Below are positions 39,007 through 49,048 of a stretch of 64,000 nucleotides of DNA, piece by piece; position 1 is the stretch's first letter; every line of letters starts with the position of its first letter. Below the pieces are notes generated by a model. The model saw only the letters and a program-made list of their open reading frames with translations, was not told the origin of the DNA and made no database searches. Origin of the DNA: Bacteroidia bacterium (GTDB taxonomy: Bacteria > Bacteroidota > Bacteroidia > M30B66); contig OZ257142.1 of assembly GCA_965279035.1 (NCBI GenBank), forward strand, positions 3,712,001 through 3,776,000. Reading direction: 5' to 3'. The position numbers were made by a program, and so were the translations under genes.

Positions 39007-40212
39007 TCAATATTCTTGATCCCCTTTTAGGTAATTCGGATAACGGATTGAATGTACTTTTTTCACTTCCTCCATAAGTAATTTACGGAAGGGTTCAATA
39101 TTCTCTTTTTCAGTTGCTGAAATAAAAATGGCTGGTGCATTATTCTTTGCCATCCAGCTTCGCTTCCAATCTTCCAATGAGAAATTCTCTCTCAAAATCG
39201 GCGAAAGATCATCTTCATCTTTCTTCACATACGAAAACGCATCAATCTTATTAAACACCATAATGATGGGCTTATCCATGCTTTTGATATCAGTCAAGGT
39301 TTCATTCACAGCTGCGATATGATCTTCAAAACTAGCATGCGAAATATCCACCACATGAATCAAAATATCGGCTTCTCGCACCTCGTCGAGCGTAGATTTG
39401 AACGATTCAATTAATTGTGTAGGTAGCTTCCGAATAAATCCAACTGTATCGGAAAGTAAAAACGGAATGTTCTCCAAAACTACTTTCCTCACTGTAGTAT
39501 CTAAGGTTGCAAACAGTTTATTCTCTGCAAACACGTCCGATTTACTCAACATGTTCATGATCGTACTCTTGCCTACATTGGTATAACCAACCAAAGCAAC
39601 ACGTACCAACTCGCCCCTACTCTTGCGCTGCGTAGCCATCTGCTTGTCGATATCCCGCAAACGCTCTTTCAACTTGGCAATCTTATCTTGAATAATCCTA
39701 CGGTCGGTCTCAATCTGACTTTCTCCTGGACCACGCATCCCAATTCCTCCTTTTTGACGTTCCAAGTGCGTCCACATACGCGTCAATCGTGGTAGCAAAT
39801 ATTGATATTGAGCAAGCTCTACTTGAGTTTTAGCGTGTGATGTCCGTGCTCGTCCAGCAAAAATATCAAGAATCAGATTATTCCGATCCATCACTTTGAT
39901 CTTCGCTTCTCGTTCAATATTTCGAAGCTGCGAAGGCGATAATTCATCATCGAAAATGATCAAATCAATCTCGTTGGCTTCAACATATTCCAATATCTGC
40001 TGCAGTTTACCACTTCCCAAAAACGTCTTGCTATCAGGACGATCCATCTTTTGTGTGAACCGTTTCACAGGAATCGCCCCAGCTGTTTCTGTTAAAAATT
40101 CAAGCTCATCTAAATATTCATCTAGCAGCTCTTCACTTTGATTTCGCGTAACTAAACCAACAAGCACTGCTCGTTCAGGTTTTTTATTGGGATTATAGGG
40201 AGTTTTCGACAC
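39007..40212 (-). CDS. hflX: Ribosome-splitting GTPase HflX
   Basis: GPGESQIETDRR, GYTNVGKST, DTVGF, NKID. GTG start at 40212 chosen because TACCTTTG lies at 40226-40219. Confidence 0.95.
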   Translation of the reverse strand: MSKTPYNPNKKPERAVLVGLVTRNQSEELLDEYLDELEFLTETAGAIPVKRFTQKMDRPDSKTFLGSGKLQQILEYVEANEIDLIIFDDELSPSQLRNIEREAKIKVMDRNNLILDIFAGRARTSHAKTQVELAQYQYLLPRLTRMWTHLERQKGGIGMRGPGESQIETDRRIIQDKIAKLKERLRDIDKQMATQRKSRGELVRVALVGYTNVGKSTIMNMLSKSDVFAENKLFATLDTTVRKVVLENIPFLLSDTVGFIRKLPTQLIESFKSTLDEVREADILIHVVDISHASFEDHIAAVNETLTDIKSMDKPIIMVFNKIDAFSYVKKDEDDLSPILRENFSLEDWKRSWMAKNNAPAIFISATEKENIEPFRKLLMEEVKKVHSIRYPNYLKGDQEY

Positions 40213-40246
40213 AGGCAGCAAAGGTAACAAAATAGCGGGTTTCATT

Positions 40247-40352
40247 GGGCGTGCCCACTATGTGGTCGTGTCTTCGCCTCATAGTCCTATCGTGAGCCAT
40301 AGCCTTGGCGAAGGCTCACGATGCGGGCTAGTTCCGGCTCAACCACTCACGC
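40247..40352 (+). repeat. Dispersed composite hairpin repeat, copy 3
   Basis: GGGCGTGCCCAC...ATAGTCCT-ATCGTGAGCCATAGCCTTGGCGAAGGCTCACGAT-GCGGGCT...CTCACGC. Confidence 0.7.
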
Positions 40353-40775
40353 AAGCTTTTGGGTACTATAGTCCATGGTATCCAAATCGAAAATCCAAGA
40401 CTCAATGCCGCATCACACTCTAGTTCAACTAAATAAACCCTCAAACTTACCAACAGGCTGGTTAATAACTAGCCGTTATTAAACGTTTATCATCGGGTAG
40501 CTATGCCAGATTTTCTTTTTCTTTCAGCCGGTGGGTGGCTCGTGGTCGGCCTCCCGCGAGCGTGAGGACTTTTTGAGTATTGACAGCCTCTTGCGAAGAT
40601 TTTATTTTTTAGATTCTTTCAAATTCGATCAAAAATTCCTTATTCCCTTATTCCTTAATTTTGAAATTCTTTACCAATAATGTGTAAAGCCTTGGTTTAG
40701 AACATACTTTAATTTTATCTAAGCAAAACAAGCAATCTCCTTTCCCGTTAATTTAGCCATCTACCCTTCCTGATT

Positions 40776-41381
40776 ATGGCTGTTCCTCAAATGCTTCCAC
40801 TTTTTCCTTTGGGTGTTGTTGTGCTCCCTGGCGAAGAATTTTACTTACATATTTTCGAACCTCGTTACAAACAACTCATCGAAGAAGCACGCGATAAAGA
40901 AATTCGCTTCGGAATTCCATTTGTAAAAAACGGACAAATGAAAGAATTCGGTACGGTTGTTAAATTGAAAACCATCTTTTCTGTTTATCCCGATGGTGAA
41001 ATGGATATTTCTGTTTTAGGAGAATCGATCTTCGAAGTTCAAGAACTCATCTCACCTTATCCCGAAAAACTTTATAATGGAGGAATTTGTTGGGTAACTC
41101 CTATCGAACAAGCCGAAAAAAAAGACCTGCTTCGCGTTCGTCCACTTTTACTCGAATACCTTCAATTAAAAAAAGGTGAACCTGTAAAACTTAATCCCGA
41201 TCGACCAATTACAAGTTTCGATGCGGCCATTTTACTAAATCTTCCACCTGAACAAAAATACCTTCTTATTCAACTTCCATCTGAAAAAGAACGTATCATT
41301 TGGCTTCTGAATGAACTCAAAATCCTGCTTCAATCCAGAAAAATGGAAATCCAGTTGCAACAAAATTATTTATTCAACTGA
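40776..41381 (+). CDS. LON peptidase substrate-binding domain protein
   Basis: LPLFPLGVVVLPGE...LHIFEPRYKQL. Confidence 0.88.
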   Translation: MAVPQMLPLFPLGVVVLPGEEFYLHIFEPRYKQLIEEARDKEIRFGIPFVKNGQMKEFGTVVKLKTIFSVYPDGEMDISVLGESIFEVQELISPYPEKLYNGGICWVTPIEQAEKKDLLRVRPLLLEYLQLKKGEPVKLNPDRPITSFDAAILLNLPPEQKYLLIQLPSEKERIIWLLNELKILLQSRKMEIQLQQNYLFN

Positions 41382-41464
41382 TTTTTTCTAAAAACCTGCT
41401 TGTGTTTGTCCGAAAGATTTTCTTTCTTTGCGCCCCTCAAATAAATATCAAAACCGAATAGGTT

Positions 41465-41698
41465 ATGTCAAAAGTTTGTCAGTTGACCGGAAAGCACGCG
41501 ATGTCAGGAAATAATGTTTCCTTCTCTAACCGTAAAACTAAACGCCGTTTCAACCCGAATCTGGTTACTAAAAAATTCTTCATCCCAGAAGAGAATGCTT
41601 GGATTACTATCCGTCTTTCTACATCTGCCTTAAAAACAATCGATAAAATTGGTATTTCTGCTGCTTTAAAACGCATGGAAACCAAAGGAGAATTATAA
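41465..41698 (+). CDS. rpmB: 50S ribosomal protein L28
   Basis: MSKVCQLTGK...GNNVSFSNRKTKRRFNPNL. Confidence 0.97.
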   Translation: MSKVCQLTGKHAMSGNNVSFSNRKTKRRFNPNLVTKKFFIPEENAWITIRLSTSALKTIDKIGISAALKRMETKGEL

Positions 41699-41723
41699 TA
41701 TTCAACCCTTTTTTGTTCTCTTT

Positions 41724-41757
41724 AAAACGCCACCTCAACAGGGTGGCGTTTTCTTTT
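41724..41757 (+). terminator. Intrinsic terminator after rpmB
   Basis: AAAACGCCACC...GGTGGCGTTTT. Confidence 0.75.
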
Positions 41758-41807
41758 CCATTTCCCGTAATCCTTTATTAAATCCGCATTGCGCTTTATA
41801 TTGCGAA

Positions 41808-43352
41808 ATGTTTCGACAATTTTTATATCTCCTCATTTTCGGCTCCAGTAGTTTATTTGCACAAGCCGATCTTCAATTTGTTCACCTCAGTATTGTTCCA
41901 GATTTTGAAAAACAAAGCATTCGTGGAACCGTCAATCAAACTTGGCTTATTCATCCAAGTGATACAATCATCGAATTAGAACTTTTTCCAGAATTCGACA
42001 TTCAAACACTTAAACTAAATAACAAGTCTGCATCTTATATTAGAAAAGAAAACGCCATCATCATTCCATTAAAAGAACATTCCTCTAGTATTCAAATTTC
42101 AATTCAATATTCAGGAATTCCTCATCAAGCTGTAAAACCTCCTTGGGATGGTGGTTTTATATGGAAGAAGGATGCAAATAAACAACATTGGTTAACAGTT
42201 GCTTGTCAAGATGAAGGCGCACAACTTTGGTGGCCAGCACCAGCTAACTATAGCGACGAACCCGAATCAGCACTAATAACTTGCACCTATCCCGACAATT
42301 TGTTTTTCAAATCCAATGGAAAACTTTTTCAAGACAGGAAACACTTAAATAATACTAGAACAACGACTTGGAAAGTAAGCAGCCCAATAAACACCTATAA
42401 CATCACTTTAAACATTGGCAACTATGCACAATTATCCGATACACTGCTCCAAGCAAATGGTAAAATCCTACAACTCAATTATTATCCACTTGCATATAAC
42501 AAAGACAAAGCTTTAAAACAGTTTACACAAGTAAAGCCTATGCTTCGTTGTTTTGAATCGTATTTTGGGCCCTATCCATTTTTCAACGATGGGTATTCAA
42601 TTGTTGAAACTCCTTATGCTGGTATGGAACACCAAAGTGCTATCGCTTATGGAAACGGGTATGTTGATGGATACAATGGGAAAGATTATTCTGCTATTGA
42701 TGTTTGGTTCGACTTCATAGTAATACATGAAACGGGACACGAATGGTGGGGAAATTCTGTAACTGCTGCATCAAAAAAGGATTTTTGGTTACAAGAGGCT
42801 TTTTGCACTTATGCCGAATACGTATATGTGAAATGTCGTTTTGGAAACGAAACAGCCGAGCGTTACATCAATGCTAAAAAGCGCCTCGTTTCAAACAAAT
42901 CTCCAATTATGGGTGAAGAAGAAAGTGGAGTTGATATGTATACCAAAGGTGCATTGATGATTCATACCATGCAGCAATTTGCTTCTTCAGAGGAGGAATG
43001 GTGGAAAATAATGAAAGAATTTGCTTTAGAATTTCGTTGGAAATCCATCACTTCTGATCAGCTGAAAAATTGGTTCTCTATGAAAATTCCAGGTTTAGAA
43101 CCTATATTTTTTGATCAGTATTTAACTTTAGCAAATCCTCCAATATTGGAATATAAAATCAATGGAGATTCAACTATAAACTTTCGCATTAGCAATGCAC
43201 TTCAGAGCTTTAAAATTCCCATACAATGGCAAAACAAAAAAGGTGAATCATATCTAACTTGGGCTGGTGGTGATTCCCAAACGTTGAAAATTAATGGCTC
43301 TCCAATGCTTCCAAATGAAAATGCAGCTTATTTCATCCTAAAAACCAGATAA
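41808..43352 (+). CDS. M1 family zinc aminopeptidase
   Basis: AGMEH, HETGHEWWGN...WLQEAF, MYTKG. Confidence 0.9.
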   Translation: MFRQFLYLLIFGSSSLFAQADLQFVHLSIVPDFEKQSIRGTVNQTWLIHPSDTIIELELFPEFDIQTLKLNNKSASYIRKENAIIIPLKEHSSSIQISIQYSGIPHQAVKPPWDGGFIWKKDANKQHWLTVACQDEGAQLWWPAPANYSDEPESALITCTYPDNLFFKSNGKLFQDRKHLNNTRTTTWKVSSPINTYNITLNIGNYAQLSDTLLQANGKILQLNYYPLAYNKDKALKQFTQVKPMLRCFESYFGPYPFFNDGYSIVETPYAGMEHQSAIAYGNGYVDGYNGKDYSAIDVWFDFIVIHETGHEWWGNSVTAASKKDFWLQEAFCTYAEYVYVKCRFGNETAERYINAKKRLVSNKSPIMGEEESGVDMYTKGALMIHTMQQFASSEEEWWKIMKEFALEFRWKSITSDQLKNWFSMKIPGLEPIFFDQYLTLANPPILEYKINGDSTINFRISNALQSFKIPIQWQNKKGESYLTWAGGDSQTLKINGSPMLPNENAAYFILKTR

Positions 43353-43428
43353 TCAAGTCCTGCGATTCTAATGAAATTCAGATTTAGAGAATATTTTTTC
43401 CTATTTTTACCGAAGCAAAAAACCATCA

Positions 43429-45612
43429 TTGATGTTAAAAATCAAAAAACACTTTTTCTTCCCAGTTTTTCTCTTACTGGCTTCCTTTTCGTTTACTAAT
43501 GCTCAAATAACCTTTACAGTTCAACCTGCAACAAATTTGGTTCAGGATGTACTTGTCGGAGCTGGGGTTCAAGTGAGCAATATTACCTCTGGTGGTGACA
43601 CTGCCCAAATTGGTCGATTTACAGGTGGAAATCTTGTAAATCTTGGTGTTAACAACGGAGTAGTAATGACTACTGGAAATCTAATTACTCAATCCGATGC
43701 AACTGACATTTCGTTTATTGGTCAAGCTGCTAATAACGGAACAATTAGTTCAGCTAGTGATAATACAACTGATCTAACTGATGATGCAGATTTAAATGCT
43801 ATTATCAGTAGTTATGGTGCTACAGCAATTACCAATAATTTAGCTGTTCTAGAATTCGACTTTATCCCTTCTGGAGATTCTGTTGCTTTTAATTATGTAT
43901 TTGCTTCTGAAGAATACAATGGATTTGTATGTTCTCAGTATTTCGATGTTTTTGGATTTTTCATTTCTGGTCCAGGCTTTAATGGTCCATTTTCCAATAA
44001 TGCAGAAAACATTGCCATTGTTCCAGGAAGTTCCCCTGTTTTGCCTGTGAGTATGAATACAATAAACAGTGGAGTTAGTGATGGTGGTGACTTTTGTCCT
44101 CCAAATGGATTAAACAATTCCCAGTTTTTTGTTGATAATAGTGCTTCAACGAACTTTGGTCCTTATGGGTTTACCACCATTTTAACTGCTCAAGCAACAG
44201 TTCAATGTGGACAAACATATCACATCAAACTCATCTTAGCCAATGGCTTTGACACTGCTTTTGATTCTTGGGTGTTCCTTCAAGCAGAAAGTTTCAGCTC
44301 AAGCGTACCTAATTTCACAGCAACAAACTTATTACCCGATAGCTCAGTAATTGAAGGTTGTCTATCTGGTAATTTAGTATTCACTCGTAATATTACTGAT
44401 GAAGAATTATCAATTCCAATGAATTATTCTGGAACTGCTACTTTTGGTGATGATTACACTGGACTTCCTGATACTATTACATTCCCTGTTGGAGTTGATT
44501 CCTTGTTTTTCACACTCGTTCCAGTAAATGATGGAATTACCGAAGGTACTGAAATCGTAATTTTCACGTTCAATGTACCCAACGAATGTGGCGACACTGT
44601 TACCGTCTCAGATTATCTTAAGATTAAAGACCCGTACGAACTATCAATTACAACACCCGATCCTGTTTTAGATTGTCCAGATCCAAACTATACAGTAGGC
44701 GTTCAAGTCTCTGGTGGATATCAACCTTATAGTTATTCTTGGGACTATAATAATTTGATCACACCAACGATCAATATTCCAATTTCAAAAACTGACACCT
44801 TCATTGTTCAGATTCACGACGTTTTGAATTGTATTTTGAATCAATATACCGATACAGTTATTGTTACTTTAAATTACGATTCACTTCAAACTGCATCACA
44901 GTCAAGAACTATTTGTAAAGGACAAACTACTCTCCTTAGTCCTTTAGCTCAATTTGGACTAGCTCCTTTTACTTACGAATGGGTAAACATTACCAATACA
45001 GATACTACAACTGTATACCCTTCAGATACAACAGCATATGTTTACATTGTTACGGATGCATGTAATATTTCTTCTCAGGATACTTTCTTTGTAAATGTTC
45101 CTGATTATGATGACTTAATTGTAACTGTTACCGATACAACAATTTGTAAAAGAGGAACAGCCGAACTCTATTGTTCAGTTACAGGTGGAGATGGGAATTA
45201 CACCTATTATTGGTCAGGTCCGCCAGTCATTGTTCCGATTACAGATTCAACAAGTTCTGCTTCACCCGAAGCATCAGTCATTTATTGGATTGATGTATAT
45301 GATGGTTGTAATACTGTTTCAAGCGATACCATGCATGTTGATGTTCAAAGTTGTGAACTACAAGTTGGAAATGCATTCTCACCAAATTCCGATGGGAAAA
45401 ATGACTTCTTTGAAATTAATAATATCCTGTTCTATCCAAACAATACAGTATTCCTTTATAATCGTTGGGGCAAGAAAGTTTTAGAACAATCAAGCTATAA
45501 AAACAATTGGGCAGGCGATGATAGTGTAACTTCTGGCACTTACTATTACGTTGTTGATCCAGGAGATGGTACCGAATTGCTTAAAGGTTATGTAACTATT
45601 TTCAAGAACTAA
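43429..45612 (+). CDS. Choice-of-anchor L plus Calx-beta-like protein with T9SS type B CTD
   Basis: LEFDFIP, YVFASEEY, DVFGFFISGPG, FDSWVFL; GTATFGDDY; NAFSPNSDGKND...YNRWG...GTYYY...KGYVTIFKN. Confidence 0.88.
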   Translation: MMLKIKKHFFFPVFLLLASFSFTNAQITFTVQPATNLVQDVLVGAGVQVSNITSGGDTAQIGRFTGGNLVNLGVNNGVVMTTGNLITQSDATDISFIGQAANNGTISSASDNTTDLTDDADLNAIISSYGATAITNNLAVLEFDFIPSGDSVAFNYVFASEEYNGFVCSQYFDVFGFFISGPGFNGPFSNNAENIAIVPGSSPVLPVSMNTINSGVSDGGDFCPPNGLNNSQFFVDNSASTNFGPYGFTTILTAQATVQCGQTYHIKLILANGFDTAFDSWVFLQAESFSSSVPNFTATNLLPDSSVIEGCLSGNLVFTRNITDEELSIPMNYSGTATFGDDYTGLPDTITFPVGVDSLFFTLVPVNDGITEGTEIVIFTFNVPNECGDTVTVSDYLKIKDPYELSITTPDPVLDCPDPNYTVGVQVSGGYQPYSYSWDYNNLITPTINIPISKTDTFIVQIHDVLNCILNQYTDTVIVTLNYDSLQTASQSRTICKGQTTLLSPLAQFGLAPFTYEWVNITNTDTTTVYPSDTTAYVYIVTDACNISSQDTFFVNVPDYDDLIVTVTDTTICKRGTAELYCSVTGGDGNYTYYWSGPPVIVPITDSTSSASPEASVIYWIDVYDGCNTVSSDTMHVDVQSCELQVGNAFSPNSDGKNDFFEINNILFYPNNTVFLYNRWGKKVLEQSSYKNNWAGDDSVTSGTYYYVVDPGDGTELLKGYVTIFKN

Positions 45613-45668
45613 TTCAACTTTTCAGAATTTGCAGGCGCCCACCGTGGCGCCTGTTCTGTTTTAATAAA

Positions 45669-47492
45669 ATGCGTAAATCCCTTTTCTTTCTCCTTACAAT
45701 TTTCCCTGCTCTTATGTTTGCTCAGGATTCACATAGTTGCGCTCGTCCACAAGAGGTTACTTTAAGTCATTTGTCCTTAAAACTTAAATTGAATTTTGAG
45801 AAAAATATAGCAACTGGAATTGCTCAACTTACCCTTTCTAGAAAGCCCGGTTTTAATGAGATTTGGATCGATACGCGTCAATTAAATATTGAAGGAGTAA
45901 TAGATGAAAATGGGAATAAATTAAATTTTGAACTTCAACCTGAAAAGCCTTGGCTTGGAAAAGCGTTGAAAATTCAATTGAATGATAATACGAAATCGGT
46001 TGTTATTGCCTATTCTACAACTCCTGAATCGGCTGCACTGCAATGGTTAAAACCAGAGCAAACAGAAGGAAAAAAATATCCGTTTTTATTTACTCAAGGA
46101 CAAGCTATCTTAAGCAGAACTTGGATTCCTATTCAAGATAGTCCTGGAATTCGTTTTACTTGGGATGCAGAAATTACAGTTCCGAAAGAATTAATGGCGG
46201 TTATGAGTGGTAATAATCCTCAAGAAAAAAGTGAGGATGGTGTCTATAAATTTCGAATGACTCAGCCAGTTCCGGCATACCTCGTTGCCCTAGCTGTTGG
46301 TGATTTGCAATTCTCTTCATTAAGTAATCGAACAGGAGTTTATGCAGAACCAACCATGCTCAGCAGAGCTACTTCCGAATTGGAAGATTTAGAAAAAATG
46401 GTGGTTGCTGCCGAATCGCTTTATGGTCCTTACCAATGGGGAAGATATGATGTGATTGTTCTTCCTCCATCATTCCCTTTTGGTGGAATGGAAAACCCAA
46501 GGCTTACATTTGCAACTCCTACCATCATCGCTGGTGATCGTTCATTAACTTCACTCATAGCGCATGAATTAGCACATAGCTGGTCAGGTAATCTCGTCAC
46601 CAATGCAACATGGGATGATTTCTGGTTAAATGAAGGCTTCACCGTTTATTTCGAACGAAGAATTATGGAGTCCTTATATGGAAAGGATTATTCAGATATG
46701 TTGGCTGTTTTGGGTTATCAAGATCTCCAAGAAACACTCGAGGAATTAGGTCCTCAATCAGTGGATACCAAACTCAAATTGTCATTAGAAGGTCGCGATG
46801 CGGATGATGGGATGAATGATATAGCCTATGAAAAAGGCTGTTTATTTTTAGTTTCTATCGAAAAGAAAGTTGGACGCCCTGCTTTTGATGCTTTCCTAAA
46901 AGGATATTTTAAAGAATTTGCTTTCAAGTCGATTACGACCGAAGAATTCATCAAATACCTAAATCGACAACTAAAAACTCCCGAGGGCATACAGTTCAAT
47001 GAGCAAGATTGGATTTATAAACCAGGAATTCCGGCAGGTGTTGAAGCTCCCGTTTCTACTAGATTCCAACAAGTGGATGCAATTTTAGCTTCGTTTGTTT
47101 CAGGAAAATCTCCTGCTGTTGGATTGTATGTTACTGGCTGGACAACACATGAATGGCTTCAGTTTTTGCGTCATTTACCTGCAACTTTAACTCAAGAACA
47201 AATGAATGATCTTGACGCTAATTTTGGATTTACACGATCTGGAAACTCAGAAATCCAATTTGCTTGGTTCATGGCCGTTATTCCTAATTCATATCTACCT
47301 GCAGATAAAGCGCTAGAAGCATTTTTACTTCGCGTTGGAAGACGCAAATTCGTGTTACCACTCTATACGGCAATGCTTAAACAAGATCGTCTAGCTGAAA
47401 AAGCAAGAGAAATATACAAAGAAGCAAAAAAAGGATATCATGCGGTTACTGTTCAGACCTTAGATGAACTCTTTGAAAAAAAGAAAAAATAA
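45669..47492 (+). CDS. M1 aminopeptidase, leukotriene A4 hydrolase-like
   Basis: PPSFPFGGMENP, HELAHSW...WLNEGF, AYEKG, VGRRKF. Confidence 0.92.
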   Translation: MRKSLFFLLTIFPALMFAQDSHSCARPQEVTLSHLSLKLKLNFEKNIATGIAQLTLSRKPGFNEIWIDTRQLNIEGVIDENGNKLNFELQPEKPWLGKALKIQLNDNTKSVVIAYSTTPESAALQWLKPEQTEGKKYPFLFTQGQAILSRTWIPIQDSPGIRFTWDAEITVPKELMAVMSGNNPQEKSEDGVYKFRMTQPVPAYLVALAVGDLQFSSLSNRTGVYAEPTMLSRATSELEDLEKMVVAAESLYGPYQWGRYDVIVLPPSFPFGGMENPRLTFATPTIIAGDRSLTSLIAHELAHSWSGNLVTNATWDDFWLNEGFTVYFERRIMESLYGKDYSDMLAVLGYQDLQETLEELGPQSVDTKLKLSLEGRDADDGMNDIAYEKGCLFLVSIEKKVGRPAFDAFLKGYFKEFAFKSITTEEFIKYLNRQLKTPEGIQFNEQDWIYKPGIPAGVEAPVSTRFQQVDAILASFVSGKSPAVGLYVTGWTTHEWLQFLRHLPATLTQEQMNDLDANFGFTRSGNSEIQFAWFMAVIPNSYLPADKALEAFLLRVGRRKFVLPLYTAMLKQDRLAEKAREIYKEAKKGYHAVTVQTLDELFEKKKK

Positions 47493-47532
47493 AACATTCC
47501 AATCCCATAGATTTGCAAAACAGACAAGAATT

Positions 47533-48048
47533 ATGAGCTTAGAAACAACTTCGTTTAAAGGAAGACCCGTAGAATTACTTGATGAACTTCCTGGAATCAA
47601 TCAAGATGCATTCGATTTCACTTTTGTTAAAACCGATTTAACAGAAAGCAGTCTATATGATTATGAAGACAAAGTGAAGGTATTAATCGCCGTTCCAAGT
47701 TTAGATTTGGGTGTTTGCCAAAGAGAAACTCGTCAATTTAATGAGCGCTTATCAGCTAAAAAAGGTGTTGTAGGTATCGTCGTTTCAAAAGATCTTCCTT
47801 TTGCAATGAAACGTTTTTGCGAAACAGAAGGCTTAGAAAATATCGTTAGCGCATCCGATTATCGTTACCTTGATTTTACACGTGAATACTGTACAGAGAT
47901 GGTAGATGGTCCTTTGAAAGGCCTTAGCGCACGTGCAGTTTTTGTAGTGGATGGCAATAACAAAATCCGTTATGTTGAATTAACTCCTGATATTACTGTC
48001 GAACCCAATTACGATAAAGTTTTAGAGGCTGTTGATCAATTACTTTAA
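47533..48048 (+). CDS. tpx: Thiol peroxidase (Tpx-type peroxiredoxin) with an atypical active site
   Basis: VPSLDLGVC, SKDLPFAMKRFC, ARAVFV, EPNYD; promoter TAGATTTG at 47508-47515. Confidence 0.88.
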   Translation: MSLETTSFKGRPVELLDELPGINQDAFDFTFVKTDLTESSLYDYEDKVKVLIAVPSLDLGVCQRETRQFNERLSAKKGVVGIVVSKDLPFAMKRFCETEGLENIVSASDYRYLDFTREYCTEMVDGPLKGLSARAVFVVDGNNKIRYVELTPDITVEPNYDKVLEAVDQLL

Positions 48049-48066
48049 TCTCATTTTCTTTAAAAT

Positions 48067-48093
48067 AAAAAAGGCGCTCAAAGCGCCTTTTTT
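48067..48093. terminator. Bidirectional terminator
   Basis: AAAAAAGGCGCT-CAA-AGCGCCTTTTTT between convergent genes. Confidence 0.8.
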
Positions 48094-48112
48094 CATGGAA
48101 TTATTTTTAAAA

Positions 48113-49039
48113 TCACCCAACAAGTGAGATATCAAATTGAACTAAGTCAATGAATTGTTGAACGCGTTCATCCACTTCGTTGGCACTCAAGTTCTGAATC
48201 CTTTCTGTTCCAAATTTCTCTACACTGAACGAAGCCATAGCGGAACCAAAAATTACTGCTCGTTTTAAGTTATCGAAAGAAATATCTTTTGTTTCAGCAA
48301 TGTAACCTATAAATCCTCCAGCAAAGCTATCGCCCGCACCTGTAGGGTCAAATACTTCTTCGAGTGGAAGTGCTGGAGCGAAAAATACCTGATCATGATT
48401 AAATAATAATGCGCCATGCTCCCCTTTCTTAATAATCAAGTATTTAGGGCCAATCGCCATGATCTTCTTTGCAGCTTTTACTAATGAATATTCCCCTGAT
48501 AATTGACGAGCTTCTTCATCATTAATCGTAAGTACATCTACATTTTTAAGCAAAGACAACAAATCATTAAGTGCTATATCCATCCAAAAATTCATGGTAT
48601 CAAGCACTACCAGTTTAGGGCGGGTTTTAAGTCGATCAAGAACCGTTTGTTGAACTGATGGAGCTAAATTTCCTAACATTAGAAATTCGCAATCTTGATA
48701 CTCTTCTGGGATCACAGGATCAAATGTTGCCAAAACATTTAACTGAGTATCCAAGGTATCACGACTATTCATATCGTTATGATATCGACCACTCCAAAAG
48801 AAAGTTTTCTCGCCTTCCTTTATTTGAAGTCCACTTGTCTTCACTCCACGTTTTTGCAACATTTCAATGGCAGCATGGGGAAAATCGTCTCCAACTACCG
48901 ACACTAAATTGATGTTGTTTTTAAAATAGGAAGCTGCCAGACTTATAAAAGTTGCAGCTCCACCTACAATTTTATCGGTTTTACCGAAAGGTGTTTCAAT
49001 GGCATCAAAGGCCACTGTTCCAATGACTAAAAGACTCAT
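48113..49039 (-). CDS. PfkB family carbohydrate/nucleoside kinase
   Basis: GGAA near the N-terminus, INDEE, KKGEHG, DPTGAGDSFAGG. Confidence 0.9.
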   Translation of the reverse strand: MSLLVIGTVAFDAIETPFGKTDKIVGGAATFISLAASYFKNNINLVSVVGDDFPHAAIEMLQKRGVKTSGLQIKEGEKTFFWSGRYHNDMNSRDTLDTQLNVLATFDPVIPEEYQDCEFLMLGNLAPSVQQTVLDRLKTRPKLVVLDTMNFWMDIALNDLLSLLKNVDVLTINDEEARQLSGEYSLVKAAKKIMAIGPKYLIIKKGEHGALLFNHDQVFFAPALPLEEVFDPTGAGDSFAGGFIGYIAETKDISFDNLKRAVIFGSAMASFSVEKFGTERIQNLSANEVDERVQQFIDLVQFDISLVG

Positions 49040-49048
49040 GTTCAGTTT

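Noticed and set aside
40353-40775. Riboswitch or ncRNA in the long hflX-LON intergenic region
   Set aside because: Only short hairpins are visible (e.g. GGCTGGTT..AACTAGCC) and I recognise no family consensus; an Rfam scan is needed.
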